38,112 nucleotides of DNA from Clostridia bacterium (GTDB taxonomy: Bacteria > Bacillota > Clostridia > Acetivibrionales > JAFADI01). The translations under genes were made by a program, and so were the position numbers. The notes under the pieces are model-generated. The model did not search any database. It was given only the letters and a program-made list of their open reading frames with translations, and had not been told where the DNA came from. Each line of letters opens with the position of its first letter. Positions within the stretch are counted from its first letter, which is position 1. The stretch covers positions 1-38,112 of the forward strand of contig JAOAAU010000054.1 of assembly GCA_026418695.1 (NCBI GenBank), written 5' to 3'. This document shows positions 10,089 to 19,390 of the stretch, in pieces.

Positions 10089-10700
10089 CTATTTCATATT
10101 GGCATTCTCTTTTGTCCAATCCTCTAAAGATTGCAAATGCTGATAGTTTAGAGACTTCTTACAGCACGCATTGATATGATCGTCAACGATCCCGACAGCC
10201 TGCAAATAAGAGTATATTGTAATGGAACCTAAAAATTTAAAGCCCCGTTTCTTAAGGTCCTTGCTTATTTGATCCGATAAAGCGGATGTTGCAGGAATCT
10301 CGGATACTTTTTCATAACGGTTGACGACAGGCTTGTGGTCCACAAAGCTCCATATATACCGGTCAAAGCTGCCAAATTCCTTTTGGATTTCTATGAATCT
10401 TTTCGCATTGTTGATGGAGGATTCGATTTTGCTCCTGTTTCTGATAATCCCAGGGTTCGAAAGCAGCTCATTGACCTTCTTTTCCCCATACTGCGCTACC
10501 TTTATGGGATCAAAGCCATCATAGGCTTTTCGATAGTTCTCTCTTTTTTTGAGGATCGTGATCCAGCTTAATCCGGATTGTGCCGACTCTAAAACCAGAA
10601 ATTCAAAATGCACCTGATCGTCATGGACCGGTACTCCCCACTCCTCATCATGGTATTGGACATAGATGTCCTCTGATTTGCACCAATCACATCGTTCCAT
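10089..10700 (-). CDS. tag: DNA-3-methyladenine glycosylase I
   Basis: MERCDWC...YHDEEWGVP...ESAQSGLSW...IIRNR.KI motifs match Tag. Start is set at MERC, because E. coli Tag begins MERCGW. Confidence 0.85.
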   Translation of the reverse strand: MERCDWCKSEDIYVQYHDEEWGVPVHDDQVHFEFLVLESAQSGLSWITILKKRENYRKAYDGFDPIKVAQYGEKKVNELLSNPGIIRNRSKIESSINNAKRFIEIQKEFGSFDRYIWSFVDHKPVVNRYEKVSEIPATSALSDQISKDLKKRGFKFLGSITIYSYLQAVGIVDDHINACCKKSLNYQHLQSLEDWTKENANMK

Positions 10701-10710
10701 TGCCTTAACC

Positions 10711-11790
10711 TCATTTCTGTAAGAGTAGTTCAATCAACCTTCTATAGTTTATTGTATCCATCCTGGATGCGGGGATATGAACGCTCCGTATCCCGTTATT
10801 CTTATTCTTCAGATAGGAATGAATAATCTGAGCTTCATCAACGTCCTCCTGGCTTAACCCGCCTTCCTTCTCCTTTTTAAAAGGTTTCAGGCACCCGGCA
10901 ACCAGATTTCTCAGCTTTTCTTCCAGCACAGCATCATCCTTCTCAAGTGTAGGAATGGATTCCACCTGGAGCAGCTTGTTCCCTTTTATTAGGAATAGCT
11001 TGACTCCATTTTCACCATACTTTTCAGCCGCAAGAATGTTGCGCCCGTACCGGGAGACTTTGATGATTCTCTGCTTGTTCAATACATGGCGGATGCCTCT
11101 GATCTGGTCTCTAAATTGGGCAGCTTTTTCAAATTCCAGATTATTGGCAGCTGCTTTCATCTTAGCATGCAGATCTTTGATTGGCGCGTAATCCTTCCCT
11201 TGCAGGAATTGGATGATGATGCTGATCTGGTTTCCGTACGACTCTTTGATATCCATCCCCCTGCATGGTCCCAAGCATTTTCCAAGATGGAAATTGAGAC
11301 AACCGGATGAACTGCTGTTCAATGCTCCACTGCTGCATTTCCGGATGGGATAGAAGTCCTTGATAAACTGTATGGTATTTTCTACCGAACCCTCACTGGT
11401 AAAAGGGCCAAAGTATAAAGCCCTGTCCTTCTTCTGTTGGGCGGTCATCGTGACCTTCGGATAATCTTCCTGAATAGAAATCTTAATATACTTGTACCCT
11501 TTGAAGTTTTTCAGCTGACGATTGTATTTAGGCTTTAATTCCTTTATGGTTTTACATTCCAGCAGAAACGCTTCAAGCTCTGTGTCTGTTGTGACAACTT
11601 CAAAGGAATCGATGTGTTCGATCATTTCATCGATCTTGGGTGAGTTATTCCGATTTTTCTGAAAATATTGAGAAACCCGGGCTTTTAGATTCTTCGCCTT
11701 TCCCACATAGATGATGGTGCCCAATGAGTTTTTCATGAAATAGATTCCCGGCTGTTCCGGTAGTTTTTTTAGGGATTCCTTCAGTTCCAT
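10711..11790 (-). CDS. GIY-YIG nuclease with UvrC-N-terminal-like region (Cho-like excinuclease homolog)
   Basis: GIYFMKN...IIYVGKAKNLKARVSQYF is a GIY-YIG motif. A Cys-rich UvrC-like region follows (CLNFHLGKCLGPC). No C-terminal RNaseH/HhH endonuclease domain is present, as in Cho. Confidence 0.65.
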   Translation of the reverse strand: MELKESLKKLPEQPGIYFMKNSLGTIIYVGKAKNLKARVSQYFQKNRNNSPKIDEMIEHIDSFEVVTTDTELEAFLLECKTIKELKPKYNRQLKNFKGYKYIKISIQEDYPKVTMTAQQKKDRALYFGPFTSEGSVENTIQFIKDFYPIRKCSSGALNSSSSGCLNFHLGKCLGPCRGMDIKESYGNQISIIIQFLQGKDYAPIKDLHAKMKAAANNLEFEKAAQFRDQIRGIRHVLNKQRIIKVSRYGRNILAAEKYGENGVKLFLIKGNKLLQVESIPTLEKDDAVLEEKLRNLVAGCLKPFKKEKEGGLSQEDVDEAQIIHSYLKNKNNGIRSVHIPASRMDTINYRRLIELLLQK

Positions 11791-11981
11791 CGTTTATCCT
11801 TTGCCTTTTGCCATATATAATCATTATATCATGTTTGCACATCAAAAAATGCTCCAAAAAGATACAAGAGAAGAGTTCAGATAGTGATGTCCCAGTGTAT
11901 ACTTCAACTTCTTTTTACTAAAGCTATGGTTGAAATCAAACGAAGCATAAATCACGGATAAGAAAGGTGTACAAGTATTCT

Positions 11982-12620
11982 ATGGAAACTCACAATCAAA
12001 ATGTTGCATTCAATCCTGAAACATCCTATAACTCCGATAAGGATTTCCCTTCTATCGATCCTACTGCCTATATTCACCCTCAGGCTTCAGTAATCGGGGA
12101 AGTAAAAATAGGGCAAGAGGTTTTCGTTGCTCCATTTGCCTCAATTAGAGGGGATGAAGGACTGCGAATTTACATAGGTGAGCACTGCAACGTTCAGGAT
12201 GGCGCAGTGCTGCACGGTCTTAAAAACTTTCATCTTGGGGAAAACAACTTTGACAACTCCATATTTATTGGGGGAGAACCATTTTCTATCTATGTAAGCA
12301 AACGTGTTACCATGGCCCATCAGTGCCAGATCCATGGCCCGGCCCATATTGACTCGGATGTTTTTGTAGGCATGCAGGCATTAGTTTTTAATTCTATTGT
12401 AAATGAAGGTGCCGTGCTGGAACCGGGCTGTAAGGTGATGGGAGTAGTGATTCCGAAAAACAGCTATGTCAGAACAGGGCAAATCATCACCTCCCAGGAA
12501 GATGCCGATGCTTTACCTCAAATCACGCAGGAATACAAGTATAAGGATTTCAATCAAAAGGTAGTGGATGTAAATATAGAATTGGCACGCGGATATATGT
12601 GCAATCAATACAAGCAATAA
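11982..12620 (+). CDS. hexapeptide-repeat (left-handed beta-helix) protein, gamma-carbonic-anhydrase-like
   Basis: Hexapeptide repeats (IGEVKIGQEVFVAPFASIRGDEG...HGPAHIDSDVFVGMQALVFNSIVNEGAVLEPG) with the His ligand pattern of Cam-like proteins. The ATG at 11982 has an AAAGGTG SD, whereas the 11967 start is a GTG abutting the SD. Confidence 0.6.
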   Translation: METHNQNVAFNPETSYNSDKDFPSIDPTAYIHPQASVIGEVKIGQEVFVAPFASIRGDEGLRIYIGEHCNVQDGAVLHGLKNFHLGENNFDNSIFIGGEPFSIYVSKRVTMAHQCQIHGPAHIDSDVFVGMQALVFNSIVNEGAVLEPGCKVMGVVIPKNSYVRTGQIITSQEDADALPQITQEYKYKDFNQKVVDVNIELARGYMCNQYKQ

Positions 12621-12736
12621 AATGCAATACACCGTCAATGGGCCTTTGTCTTTCCATCGATGAATAAAGGCCTGCCAATGAGAATGATGTCATCAGGCTT
12701 TTTAAATTCCGATATCTTCTGAGGATTGAATTGCAG

Positions 12737-13984
12737 ATGAAAATTATTGAGATGATAAAATCAAAAACAGCCGCCTACTTTCCAGCTTTGGAATCAGAAA
12801 ACTTCGGATTTTTTTGGATTAGCCAGTGTGTTTCCGTCATCGGTTCATGGATTCAAAGCGTTGGTCAGTCGTGGCTTGTATTCTCCCTTACAAAATCGCC
12901 TTTTCTGCTTGGCATCATTGGCGCGCTGCAATACATTCCTGTCCTTTTGTTTTCAGTTTTCGCAGGTGTATTCATTGATAAAACTTCAAAGAAAACAATC
13001 CTGATACTGACTCAAACAGCCTATATTCTCCTGTCGCTCCTCCTTGCCCTCTTGGTATGGACAGGGTATATCAGAATTTGGCATATTATTTCCGCAGGCA
13101 TTTTGCAGGGTTTTATCAATACATTGGATATGCCTGCCAGACAGGCAATTGTCAGTGAACTGGTCGAACGCGAACACGTATTGAGCGCTATTGCACTGAA
13201 CTCTTCCGTTTTCAATGCCGCAAGGATTATCGGCCCTGCATTGGCCGGCATCCTGATGGGTTACTTTGGGATCGCCGCCTGCTTTCTTATTAATGCTTTT
13301 GGATTCATCCTGGCACTTCTGCTTACGGTCAAAATACAACCGGAAACTGTCAGAAAGGACATCCTGCAAACGAGCAGCCCTTCATTTTTTTCTGATATGC
13401 GTATGGGACTAGCCTATCTTTCTGAAAACAAGATGCTCTACAAGATTTTATTATTGGTTGCTGTTATGGGAATTTTCGCATTAAACTTCAATGTCTTAAT
13501 TCCTGTATTGTCCAGTGATGTATTTCATCAGGATGAAGCTGGTTTCGGCTTTCTCATGTCTGCAATGGGGATTGGCTCTTTTGCAGGCGCAATCTTCCTG
13601 GCTGCAAAAGGCAGAGCAGTAACCGGGATTACACCCCTCGTCATTTTACCTTTTATCATGTCCCTGCTTTTGGCCCTTACAGCTTTTGTGACCAACTATT
13701 CTATGATGATTATGCTTCTTGCACTTTCAGGGTTAGTTAACACCATGTTTTTTACTTCAGCCAATTCATCCCTACAACTTATGACGCTTGATGAATACAG
13801 GGGTAGGATCACCAGCTTGTACACGCTGGTATATGGCGGAACCGCTCCGATCGGTAATTTCTTTGTCGGGTGGATTACAGAAGGTTATGGAATCCAATCT
13901 GGATTCTTATGGAGCGGAATCTTAAATCTTATCTTCGTAATTCCAATTGTTCTGATGAGGAGTGGGAAGGAATTCTCTCATTAA
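12737..13984 (+). CDS. MFS transporter (EntS/MFS_3-like)
   Basis: 12 predicted TM segments with the FWISQCVSVIGSWIQ pattern typical of this MFS subfamily. Confidence 0.8.
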   Translation: MKIIEMIKSKTAAYFPALESENFGFFWISQCVSVIGSWIQSVGQSWLVFSLTKSPFLLGIIGALQYIPVLLFSVFAGVFIDKTSKKTILILTQTAYILLSLLLALLVWTGYIRIWHIISAGILQGFINTLDMPARQAIVSELVEREHVLSAIALNSSVFNAARIIGPALAGILMGYFGIAACFLINAFGFILALLLTVKIQPETVRKDILQTSSPSFFSDMRMGLAYLSENKMLYKILLLVAVMGIFALNFNVLIPVLSSDVFHQDEAGFGFLMSAMGIGSFAGAIFLAAKGRAVTGITPLVILPFIMSLLLALTAFVTNYSMMIMLLALSGLVNTMFFTSANSSLQLMTLDEYRGRITSLYTLVYGGTAPIGNFFVGWITEGYGIQSGFLWSGILNLIFVIPIVLMRSGKEFSH

Positions 13985-14119
13985 ACTTGTTACTCATCAC
14001 AGATAACCGCAATTTCTCTCAAAGCAGTTGAGAGAAAGTATTCATCGAAAAAGACTTTTTATAGAACTTCGTCGTATAATCTTAGGATTTCTTTGATAAA
14101 TGCCATGAAGCAAAGAGGA

Positions 14120-14887
14120 TCATCTGAACACATCCCATAAAACCTTGGCAAGCAGCAAGGCCATGACCCCAACCAGCACCGGCTTTATCACCCTTGCTCC
14201 GTTTCGTACAGCCAATCCCGAACCAATCCAGTTCCCAAGGATGCCGGCGATCGCAGCAGGTATCCCAACCGCATAAGTCACACTACCGCCAATGATAAAC
14301 GCCGTAAGCGCAGCGATATTGGATGCCAGGTTGACAACTTTGGTGTTTCCCGAGGCTGTTGCAAGGTCAAAGCCCACCATGCCGGTAAAGGCCAGCGTGA
14401 GAAATGTCCCCGTTCCCGGACCGAAAAAGCCGTCATAGACTCCCAGAAATAATCCAATGAATACGCATAAAGCAATCAGCTTGCTGTTTGATAATTCCAA
14501 AGCTGTATTTTTCTCGCCATAGCCTTTCCTGGTGATCAGCAAAACCGCAGCTGCAGGTAAAAGGATTACCATACACAGTCTCAAGTACTGATCACTCAGC
14601 AACAGAGCCAGCTGTGCACCAAAAAACGAGCCCACAAGTGCAGCCCCGGCAGAAATCATCGCAGATTTATAGTGGATCTGCTTGTTTTTTGCATATCGAA
14701 TTGTAGAGAACAGCGTCCCCAAAGAGGAGGAAAACTTATTGGTCCCCGCCGCCAGATGAGGGGAAAGTCCGATTAACATATAAGACGGGAGAGAAATCAA
14801 ACCTCCGCCTCCCGCGATAGAATCAATAAATCCTGCCAGAAATGTCAACGGGCAGATTATTAAGATCATTTGGAGTGTAACTTCCAT
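14120..14887 (-). CDS. sulfite exporter TauE/SafE family membrane protein
   Basis: Two-fold repeated 4-TM architecture with Gly-rich motifs (GFIDSIAGGGGLISLP and GVYDGFFGPGTGTF). Confidence 0.8.
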   Translation of the reverse strand: MEVTLQMILIICPLTFLAGFIDSIAGGGGLISLPSYMLIGLSPHLAAGTNKFSSSLGTLFSTIRYAKNKQIHYKSAMISAGAALVGSFFGAQLALLLSDQYLRLCMVILLPAAAVLLITRKGYGEKNTALELSNSKLIALCVFIGLFLGVYDGFFGPGTGTFLTLAFTGMVGFDLATASGNTKVVNLASNIAALTAFIIGGSVTYAVGIPAAIAGILGNWIGSGLAVRNGARVIKPVLVGVMALLLAKVLWDVFR

Positions 14888-14996
14888 TATAATATCCTAT
14901 TCATTCTAGTATAAGTTTAGCTAACTTACAATTGTTTCCAATGATTCCATCCGTGACCAGGACTGTATTGCCTTTAAGGCTCATATTCTGCCTCGT

Positions 14997-15722
14997 CTAT
15001 TTGGGCGAAATCAATTCCTCAAGCCTTTGATGGATGTTTTCATTAAAAACACCGCCATGATAGCAGATCACGGTTTGTATATCATACTTCAGCAGCTTCT
15101 TTAGGGACTGCATTGCTGTTTCCATATTATGTGTAAACTGTGGATTAGGACCAACCAACCGGCCATTCACGACATTCAGTGCATCCCCTGAGATCAGCGT
15201 CTTATATTTCTTCAAATACAGAGATTGATGTCCCGGTGTGTGCCCCGGAGTATGTATGATTTCAATCCCGCCGCAAACATTGAATTCTTCCCCGTCTTTT
15301 ACTGCGATATCTACCCTTGCTTTGAATGCTTCTTTCGCCGATTTATGGGGTGTCCCTGATAAACCCGCCTCCATTTTAGCCAAGCGTTCAGGGGTTAATT
15401 TGAGTGGTATTTTCTCGAATTCAATATAAGGCCTCTCATCCATGTGAGACACCACTTTTACATCTTCAAGCATTCTCTGTACGCTGGCTAGGTTTCCGAT
15501 ATGATCCATGTCCTGATGGGTTATTATAACCATATTCAACCGATCAAATGCAATCCCGACCTTCTCAATTTCCTCCCGAACAAGCTCAAGCTGTCCCGGC
15601 AGCCCAGTGTCAACTAATACCGCAGTATCTTCATCCCATAGGAGTATCGGATTGATGTACATCTTTCCGTCGGGAATATTCACAGGCAATTCTAGCATTT
15701 CCAAACCTTCTGCAATTTTCAT
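14997..15722 (-). CDS. MBL-fold metallo-hydrolase
   Basis: HQDMDHIG (HxHxDH) motif with downstream His and Asp ligands. The product is 241 aa. Confidence 0.8.
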   Translation of the reverse strand: MKIAEGLEMLELPVNIPDGKMYINPILLWDEDTAVLVDTGLPGQLELVREEIEKVGIAFDRLNMVIITHQDMDHIGNLASVQRMLEDVKVVSHMDERPYIEFEKIPLKLTPERLAKMEAGLSGTPHKSAKEAFKARVDIAVKDGEEFNVCGGIEIIHTPGHTPGHQSLYLKKYKTLISGDALNVVNGRLVGPNPQFTHNMETAMQSLKKLLKYDIQTVICYHGGVFNENIHQRLEELISPK

Positions 15723-15730
15723 TTTGATCC

Positions 15731-15752
15731 GAAGCTCTCAATTGAGCTTCCT
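15731..15752. promoter_or_regulatory. 22-bp perfect palindrome GAAGCTCTCAATTGAGAGCTTC between the SD and start codon of the MBL hydrolase gene
   Basis: Directly read: the minus-strand mRNA is AAGGAGGTGAAGG, then the palindrome, then GGATCAAA, then ATG. This is either an operator or an SD-to-AUG bridging hairpin. Confidence 0.5.
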
Positions 15753-15862
15753 TCACCTCCTTCAATGTACTACAAGAGAGTCCTCTTCAGTTCCGATTTC
15801 TATCAATAATTCTATCTTTAACAGGTTTCTTAATGAAATTATACCAGAAATATACAAAAATA

Positions 15863-16072
15863 CTATTTCAGAATCTTTGATAATTCTTCCCCCCACTTCA
15901 TTACATACTTGCCGGTAGCCCATTGGTTAAGAACGATCCGTTCATTCCCATCCATCGGAATTTCCATTTCAATATCTCCAAGCCTGCCTTGAATGACCCT
16001 ATAAGCCTTCATTGCTTTACTTGTTTGAATAATAATCAGTTTCTTATCCGGTGATGATACTGCGTCTATCAT
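15863..16072 (-). CDS. hypothetical small protein (69 aa)
   Basis: The ORF overlaps the upstream small ORF by ATGA, which suggests translational coupling. No family was recognised. Confidence 0.35.
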   Translation of the reverse strand: MIDAVSSPDKKLIIIQTSKAMKAYRVIQGRLGDIEMEIPMDGNERIVLNQWATGKYVMKWGEELSKILK

Positions 16073-16302
16073 ATCAGGTTCTGTTTTTTCAGTTCGTCCC
16101 AGCTCAAGGATAGACGATCATGAGAAACTAAGCTTGGCGGAACCTCACCCTCTATTTCTTTGAATGTTTTAATGAAGTTATGGGAGTCCTTCCAATTGCT
16201 GAACATAATCGGCACTGTTAATCTCCATCGTCCATTTCTTCTTTCAAGAGACAAGTTCTCCTCGGAAACAAATTCTCTATCCTGATCACTTTCAACAGTC
16301 AC
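16069..16302 (-). CDS. hypothetical small protein (77 aa, GTG start)
   Basis: ORF downstream of rtcB. The SD is weak and the GTG start is uncertain. Confidence 0.3.
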   Translation of the reverse strand: MTVESDQDREFVSEENLSLERRNGRWRLTVPIMFSNWKDSHNFIKTFKEIEGEVPPSLVSHDRLSLSWDELKKQNLI

Positions 16303-16473
16303 AGTTTTATCGAATTCCTTTTTATATTGCTGAATCTGTTGATCAATGATGAACCGGCTTTTTGTATAAAATTGTTAATCTATTAATCTCCTCAACATAG
16401 AGTTCCATCCATTTTACTTTACTCGAATTTAACTCAATGTTTGAGTAAGCTTTGTCGTATTTGATTATCTTAA

Positions 16474-17664
16474 TTATTCTGCCGCTTTAAAATTATAGAT
16501 CGGCTTGATAACCTCCACAATCTCAACGGTATCCTGAATATTGCTCACGATTTCATCCATGGGCTTATACGCCAGTGCACATTCGTCCAGCGTAGACCGG
16601 TTCACGGTTGTTGAATAGATCCCTTCCATGGATTTCTTGAACTCTTCAAGGCTGATCACTTCCTTGGCTTTGCTCCGGCTCATCAACCTTCCGGCGCCAT
16701 GAGGCGCTGAGTAATTCCAGTCTTCATTCCCCTTCCCAATACAGATCAAACTTCCGTCACGCATATTAATGGGGATGAGAACCTTTTCACCCTGATGTGC
16801 AGAAATGGCGCCTTTTCTTAAAATCATTCCCTCAAGATCAATATAGTTATGAATGGTTGTAAACTGCTCCTGTACTTCCAGCTGCATTCTTTTTACGATC
16901 TCATTCACAATGGCCTTACGGTTGAATACCCCAAACTTCTGAACAATCTTCATATCATTTAAATAGTCCTGGTAGTTTTTCCCCTGCACATAGGCTAATT
17001 GCTTATTGATTTTCACAGGCTTTACATTTGTGATTTCCTTCTGGATATCCTTCTCTCTGCCTTCGGCTTTCAGCTTCCTGATGGTCGCAGCAACTTCTCC
17101 ATTAGCTTTCATCAGCTCTTTATAGCCTAATTCCTGATAATGCTCCGCGACCTGTTTCCCTAGATAACGGCTTCCGGAATGCACTACGAGGTATAAAGCG
17201 CCCTCTTTGTCTTTATTCACTTCAATGAAGTGATTTCCGCCACCGAGGGTGCCTACACTCAATCTAGCCCTGTCCAGGCTGACCTGCTTTTTGCAGATAA
17301 GTCCATCAAAATCGATCTTGCTCACATACTCGTGCTGCTTCTTTCTTATATCAAATCCCGAAGGAATGTATTCGTGAATGGTCTTATCCAGCTTTTCCAG
17401 ATCTATATCTTTATTCTTAAGTTTTATTGTTTCCATACCGCAGCCGATATCTACGCCCACCAGATTCGGAACTACTTTGTCCGAGATCGTCATGGTTGTA
17501 CCGATTGTACAGCCTGCTCCCGCGTGGGTATCGGGCATAATTCTGATGATGCTGTCCTTCACAAACTCCTGGTTGCAGAGTTCCATGATTTGAGCAAAGG
17601 CAACATCTTCCACGTTATCTGTGAATACCTTGGCAGTATTGAACTTTCCCCTGATTTCTAACAT
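16474..17664 (-). CDS. rtcB: RtcB-family RNA 3'-phosphate/2',3'-cyclic phosphate ligase (short bacterial form)
   Basis: MPDTHAGAGCTIGTT, GVDIGCGM and HSGSR motifs. An extended -10 (TGATAAAAT) lies upstream. Confidence 0.85.
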   Translation of the reverse strand: MLEIRGKFNTAKVFTDNVEDVAFAQIMELCNQEFVKDSIIRIMPDTHAGAGCTIGTTMTISDKVVPNLVGVDIGCGMETIKLKNKDIDLEKLDKTIHEYIPSGFDIRKKQHEYVSKIDFDGLICKKQVSLDRARLSVGTLGGGNHFIEVNKDKEGALYLVVHSGSRYLGKQVAEHYQELGYKELMKANGEVAATIRKLKAEGREKDIQKEITNVKPVKINKQLAYVQGKNYQDYLNDMKIVQKFGVFNRKAIVNEIVKRMQLEVQEQFTTIHNYIDLEGMILRKGAISAHQGEKVLIPINMRDGSLICIGKGNEDWNYSAPHGAGRLMSRSKAKEVISLEEFKKSMEGIYSTTVNRSTLDECALAYKPMDEIVSNIQDTVEIVEVIKPIYNFKAAE

Positions 17665-17775
17665 TTTCTCACCACATTTCCGATGAACTCACTGTCCATC
17701 TTGCACATTATCTTAGCTTGATTATTTTATCATACTTTGTCCTGAAAAATATTGCGTATCTTTCTGAAAATATTT

Positions 17776-17814
17776 AGAACAAACAGCCTATAGCAACAAT
17801 AGGCTGTTTGTTCT
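17776..17814 (-). terminator. terminator hairpin downstream of the SPFH gene
   Basis: A perfect 16-bp stem AGAACAAACAGCCTAT/ATAGGCTGTTTGTTCT with a 7-nt loop, starting 6 nt after the stop codon. The following U tract (TAAATATTTTC) is weak. Confidence 0.5.
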
Positions 17815-17819
17815 ATTCA

Positions 17820-18932
17820 TTATGCCCCTTTAGTTTTATTTGAAAGCAAAGCATTCAACTGTTCAATCAGGCTGCCTCCACCCAGTAGAGAAACATTCCC
17901 GATCTTGTCACAGATTTTTTCGAGGAATTCAAGTTCCTTCAACCGGTACAGCGTCTGGTTTTCTTCCATCAGCTTAGCGGTATTCAGCAGGCTTCGTGTG
18001 GAGGCGATTTCCTCCCTGCGTGTAATCACATTTGCCTGAGCCTTCTTTTCAGCGATCAGAACTGTATTCAGAATCTCTCGAATATCCCCAGGCAGGATAA
18101 TATCCTTCAGACCTGCATAGAGGAACGCAATACCGAAGTCTTCACTCTTTTCTTTCAAACGTTCGAGAACATATTCGCCGACTTCCTGCTTTTTTGACAG
18201 CAAGTCATCCAGCTTCAGTGAACCCACATATTCCCGAAGAATCAGCTGCAAAAGAATATACATCTGTTCTTCAAAGGATTTAATTTCAATCACCTTGAGC
18301 GGGTCCACAATTTTATAATGACAAACGAAATTCAACCGCAGGGTAATTTTATCCTCTGTCGTGATTTCCTGACCGGTCATGTCGATCTGCTGCTTCCGCA
18401 TGTCAACATTTTTAACAGTAACATGGGTAGGGCTCTTCCAGAAGAAGTACCTTCCAGGTTCAAGGATTTTCTGGATTACGTTATTGTAGTAAAGAATACC
18501 CTTTTCATGGCTGGCAACTTCGTAGTAGCCCACATATCCTGCAAGCTTGGAGTTATTGTAAATCGAAGGATCGATCTCCGGCTTCACCCCGGGCTCCCTG
18601 GTATCAATCATAATGAAGTCATGCTTCTTCAACACCTTCCAGAAAGCATACTTTCCTGCTTTCAAAACCTCTGTCAGCTTGCCGTCTTCAAAATGGATCG
18701 CAATTTCAAAGTCCTGAACATCCACAACTGTCAGTTCCTTCACAAGTTCTTGATCTTCCATGTAAATGTTTATATTCTTGCCCATTATATCAAAGGGCTT
18801 ATTGATATCCTGCATGGTTACCTTGTAGTCAACAAAGGGGTTCAGGTAGTACTTCCCGGGCTTCAGGGTCTTAACATAGTTGCCGTCCTTGAACAGCAAA
18901 CCCCTTTGGTCATTCATCACAAATACTTTCAT
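17820..18932 (-). CDS. SPFH/band-7 (slipin-like) domain protein with N-terminal triple repeat and no TM helix
   Basis: C-terminal SPFH region (ITLRLNFVCHYKIVDP...ITRREEIA...). The N-terminus has three repeats (LKPGKYYLNPFVDYKV, LKAGKYAFWKVLKKHDF, LEPGRYFFWKSPTHVTV). The ATG at 18932 has an AAGGTG SD. Confidence 0.6.
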   Translation of the reverse strand: MKVFVMNDQRGLLFKDGNYVKTLKPGKYYLNPFVDYKVTMQDINKPFDIMGKNINIYMEDQELVKELTVVDVQDFEIAIHFEDGKLTEVLKAGKYAFWKVLKKHDFIMIDTREPGVKPEIDPSIYNNSKLAGYVGYYEVASHEKGILYYNNVIQKILEPGRYFFWKSPTHVTVKNVDMRKQQIDMTGQEITTEDKITLRLNFVCHYKIVDPLKVIEIKSFEEQMYILLQLILREYVGSLKLDDLLSKKQEVGEYVLERLKEKSEDFGIAFLYAGLKDIILPGDIREILNTVLIAEKKAQANVITRREEIASTRSLLNTAKLMEENQTLYRLKELEFLEKICDKIGNVSLLGGGSLIEQLNALLSNKTKGA

Positions 18933-19291
18933 TTTCTTCACCTTCTTTTTCTAATGCTATTTAACCTATAGTCTCATTCTTTGTTTGAACCTTCAATAAG
19001 AATCCTCCCGGGATCTCCGCGGAATGCTGCTTGAGATGAAGTCATTCATACCGTTGCTTGTAGATCCAGGCCAAGTTTACATGAAATTTCAGCAAAGTTA
19101 GCCTTTTCTCCATCAGCAAGGATATGCTTTTCTTCATCGGTATCTGCCCACTTCAAAGCTTCAGTTCCGGTGTCACAGCAGGAAGCCCGATGTAACAGAG
19201 GATTCTTTTAAAGGCTCTTGTTCATTACACAGTGGAAGTGTGTTAGTAGATCCCTGGTCTACCGCGTTTTCCATTTCGCCAATCAAGTCTT

Positions 19292-19356
19292 AAGCTTGAT
19301 GAAGGATTCGAACCTTCAAAAACCGGCTGAATGCTCTACCGCTGAGCTAATCACCT
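19292..19356 (-). pseudogene. degenerate tRNA-like sequence (5' acceptor, D arm and anticodon stem fused to a T arm; about 8-10 nt missing between)
   Basis: The minus strand reads AGGTGATTAGCTCAGCGGTAGAGCATTCAGCCGGTTTTTGAAGGTTCGAATCCTTCATCAAGC. The D arm and T loop are canonical, but the acceptor ends do not pair and the anticodon arm overlaps the T stem. Confidence 0.4.
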
Positions 19357-19357
19357 A

Positions 19358-19390
19358 TGGGTGATAGAGGAATCGAACCTCTGACACTTC
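19358..19390 (-). other. isolated tRNA 3' fragment (T arm, acceptor 3' strand and discriminator)
   Basis: The minus strand reads GAAGTGTCAGAGGTTCGATTCCTCTATCACCCA. Its acceptor 3' strand ATCACCC is complementary (6 of 7) to the AGGTGAT 5' end of the adjacent tRNA-like sequence. Confidence 0.4.

Noticed and set aside
14022-14048. Terminator after the MFS gene
   Set aside because: A 10-bp stem TTTCTCTCAA/TTGAGAGAAA is present, but neither strand has a following U tract. It may be a protein-binding palindrome or an RNA stability hairpin. It is not called as a terminator.
15863-16302. Single frameshifted gene combining the 77-aa and 69-aa ORFs
   Set aside because: The two frames overlap by ATGA, which is the classic stop-start coupling arrangement of two separate genes, not a frameshift.
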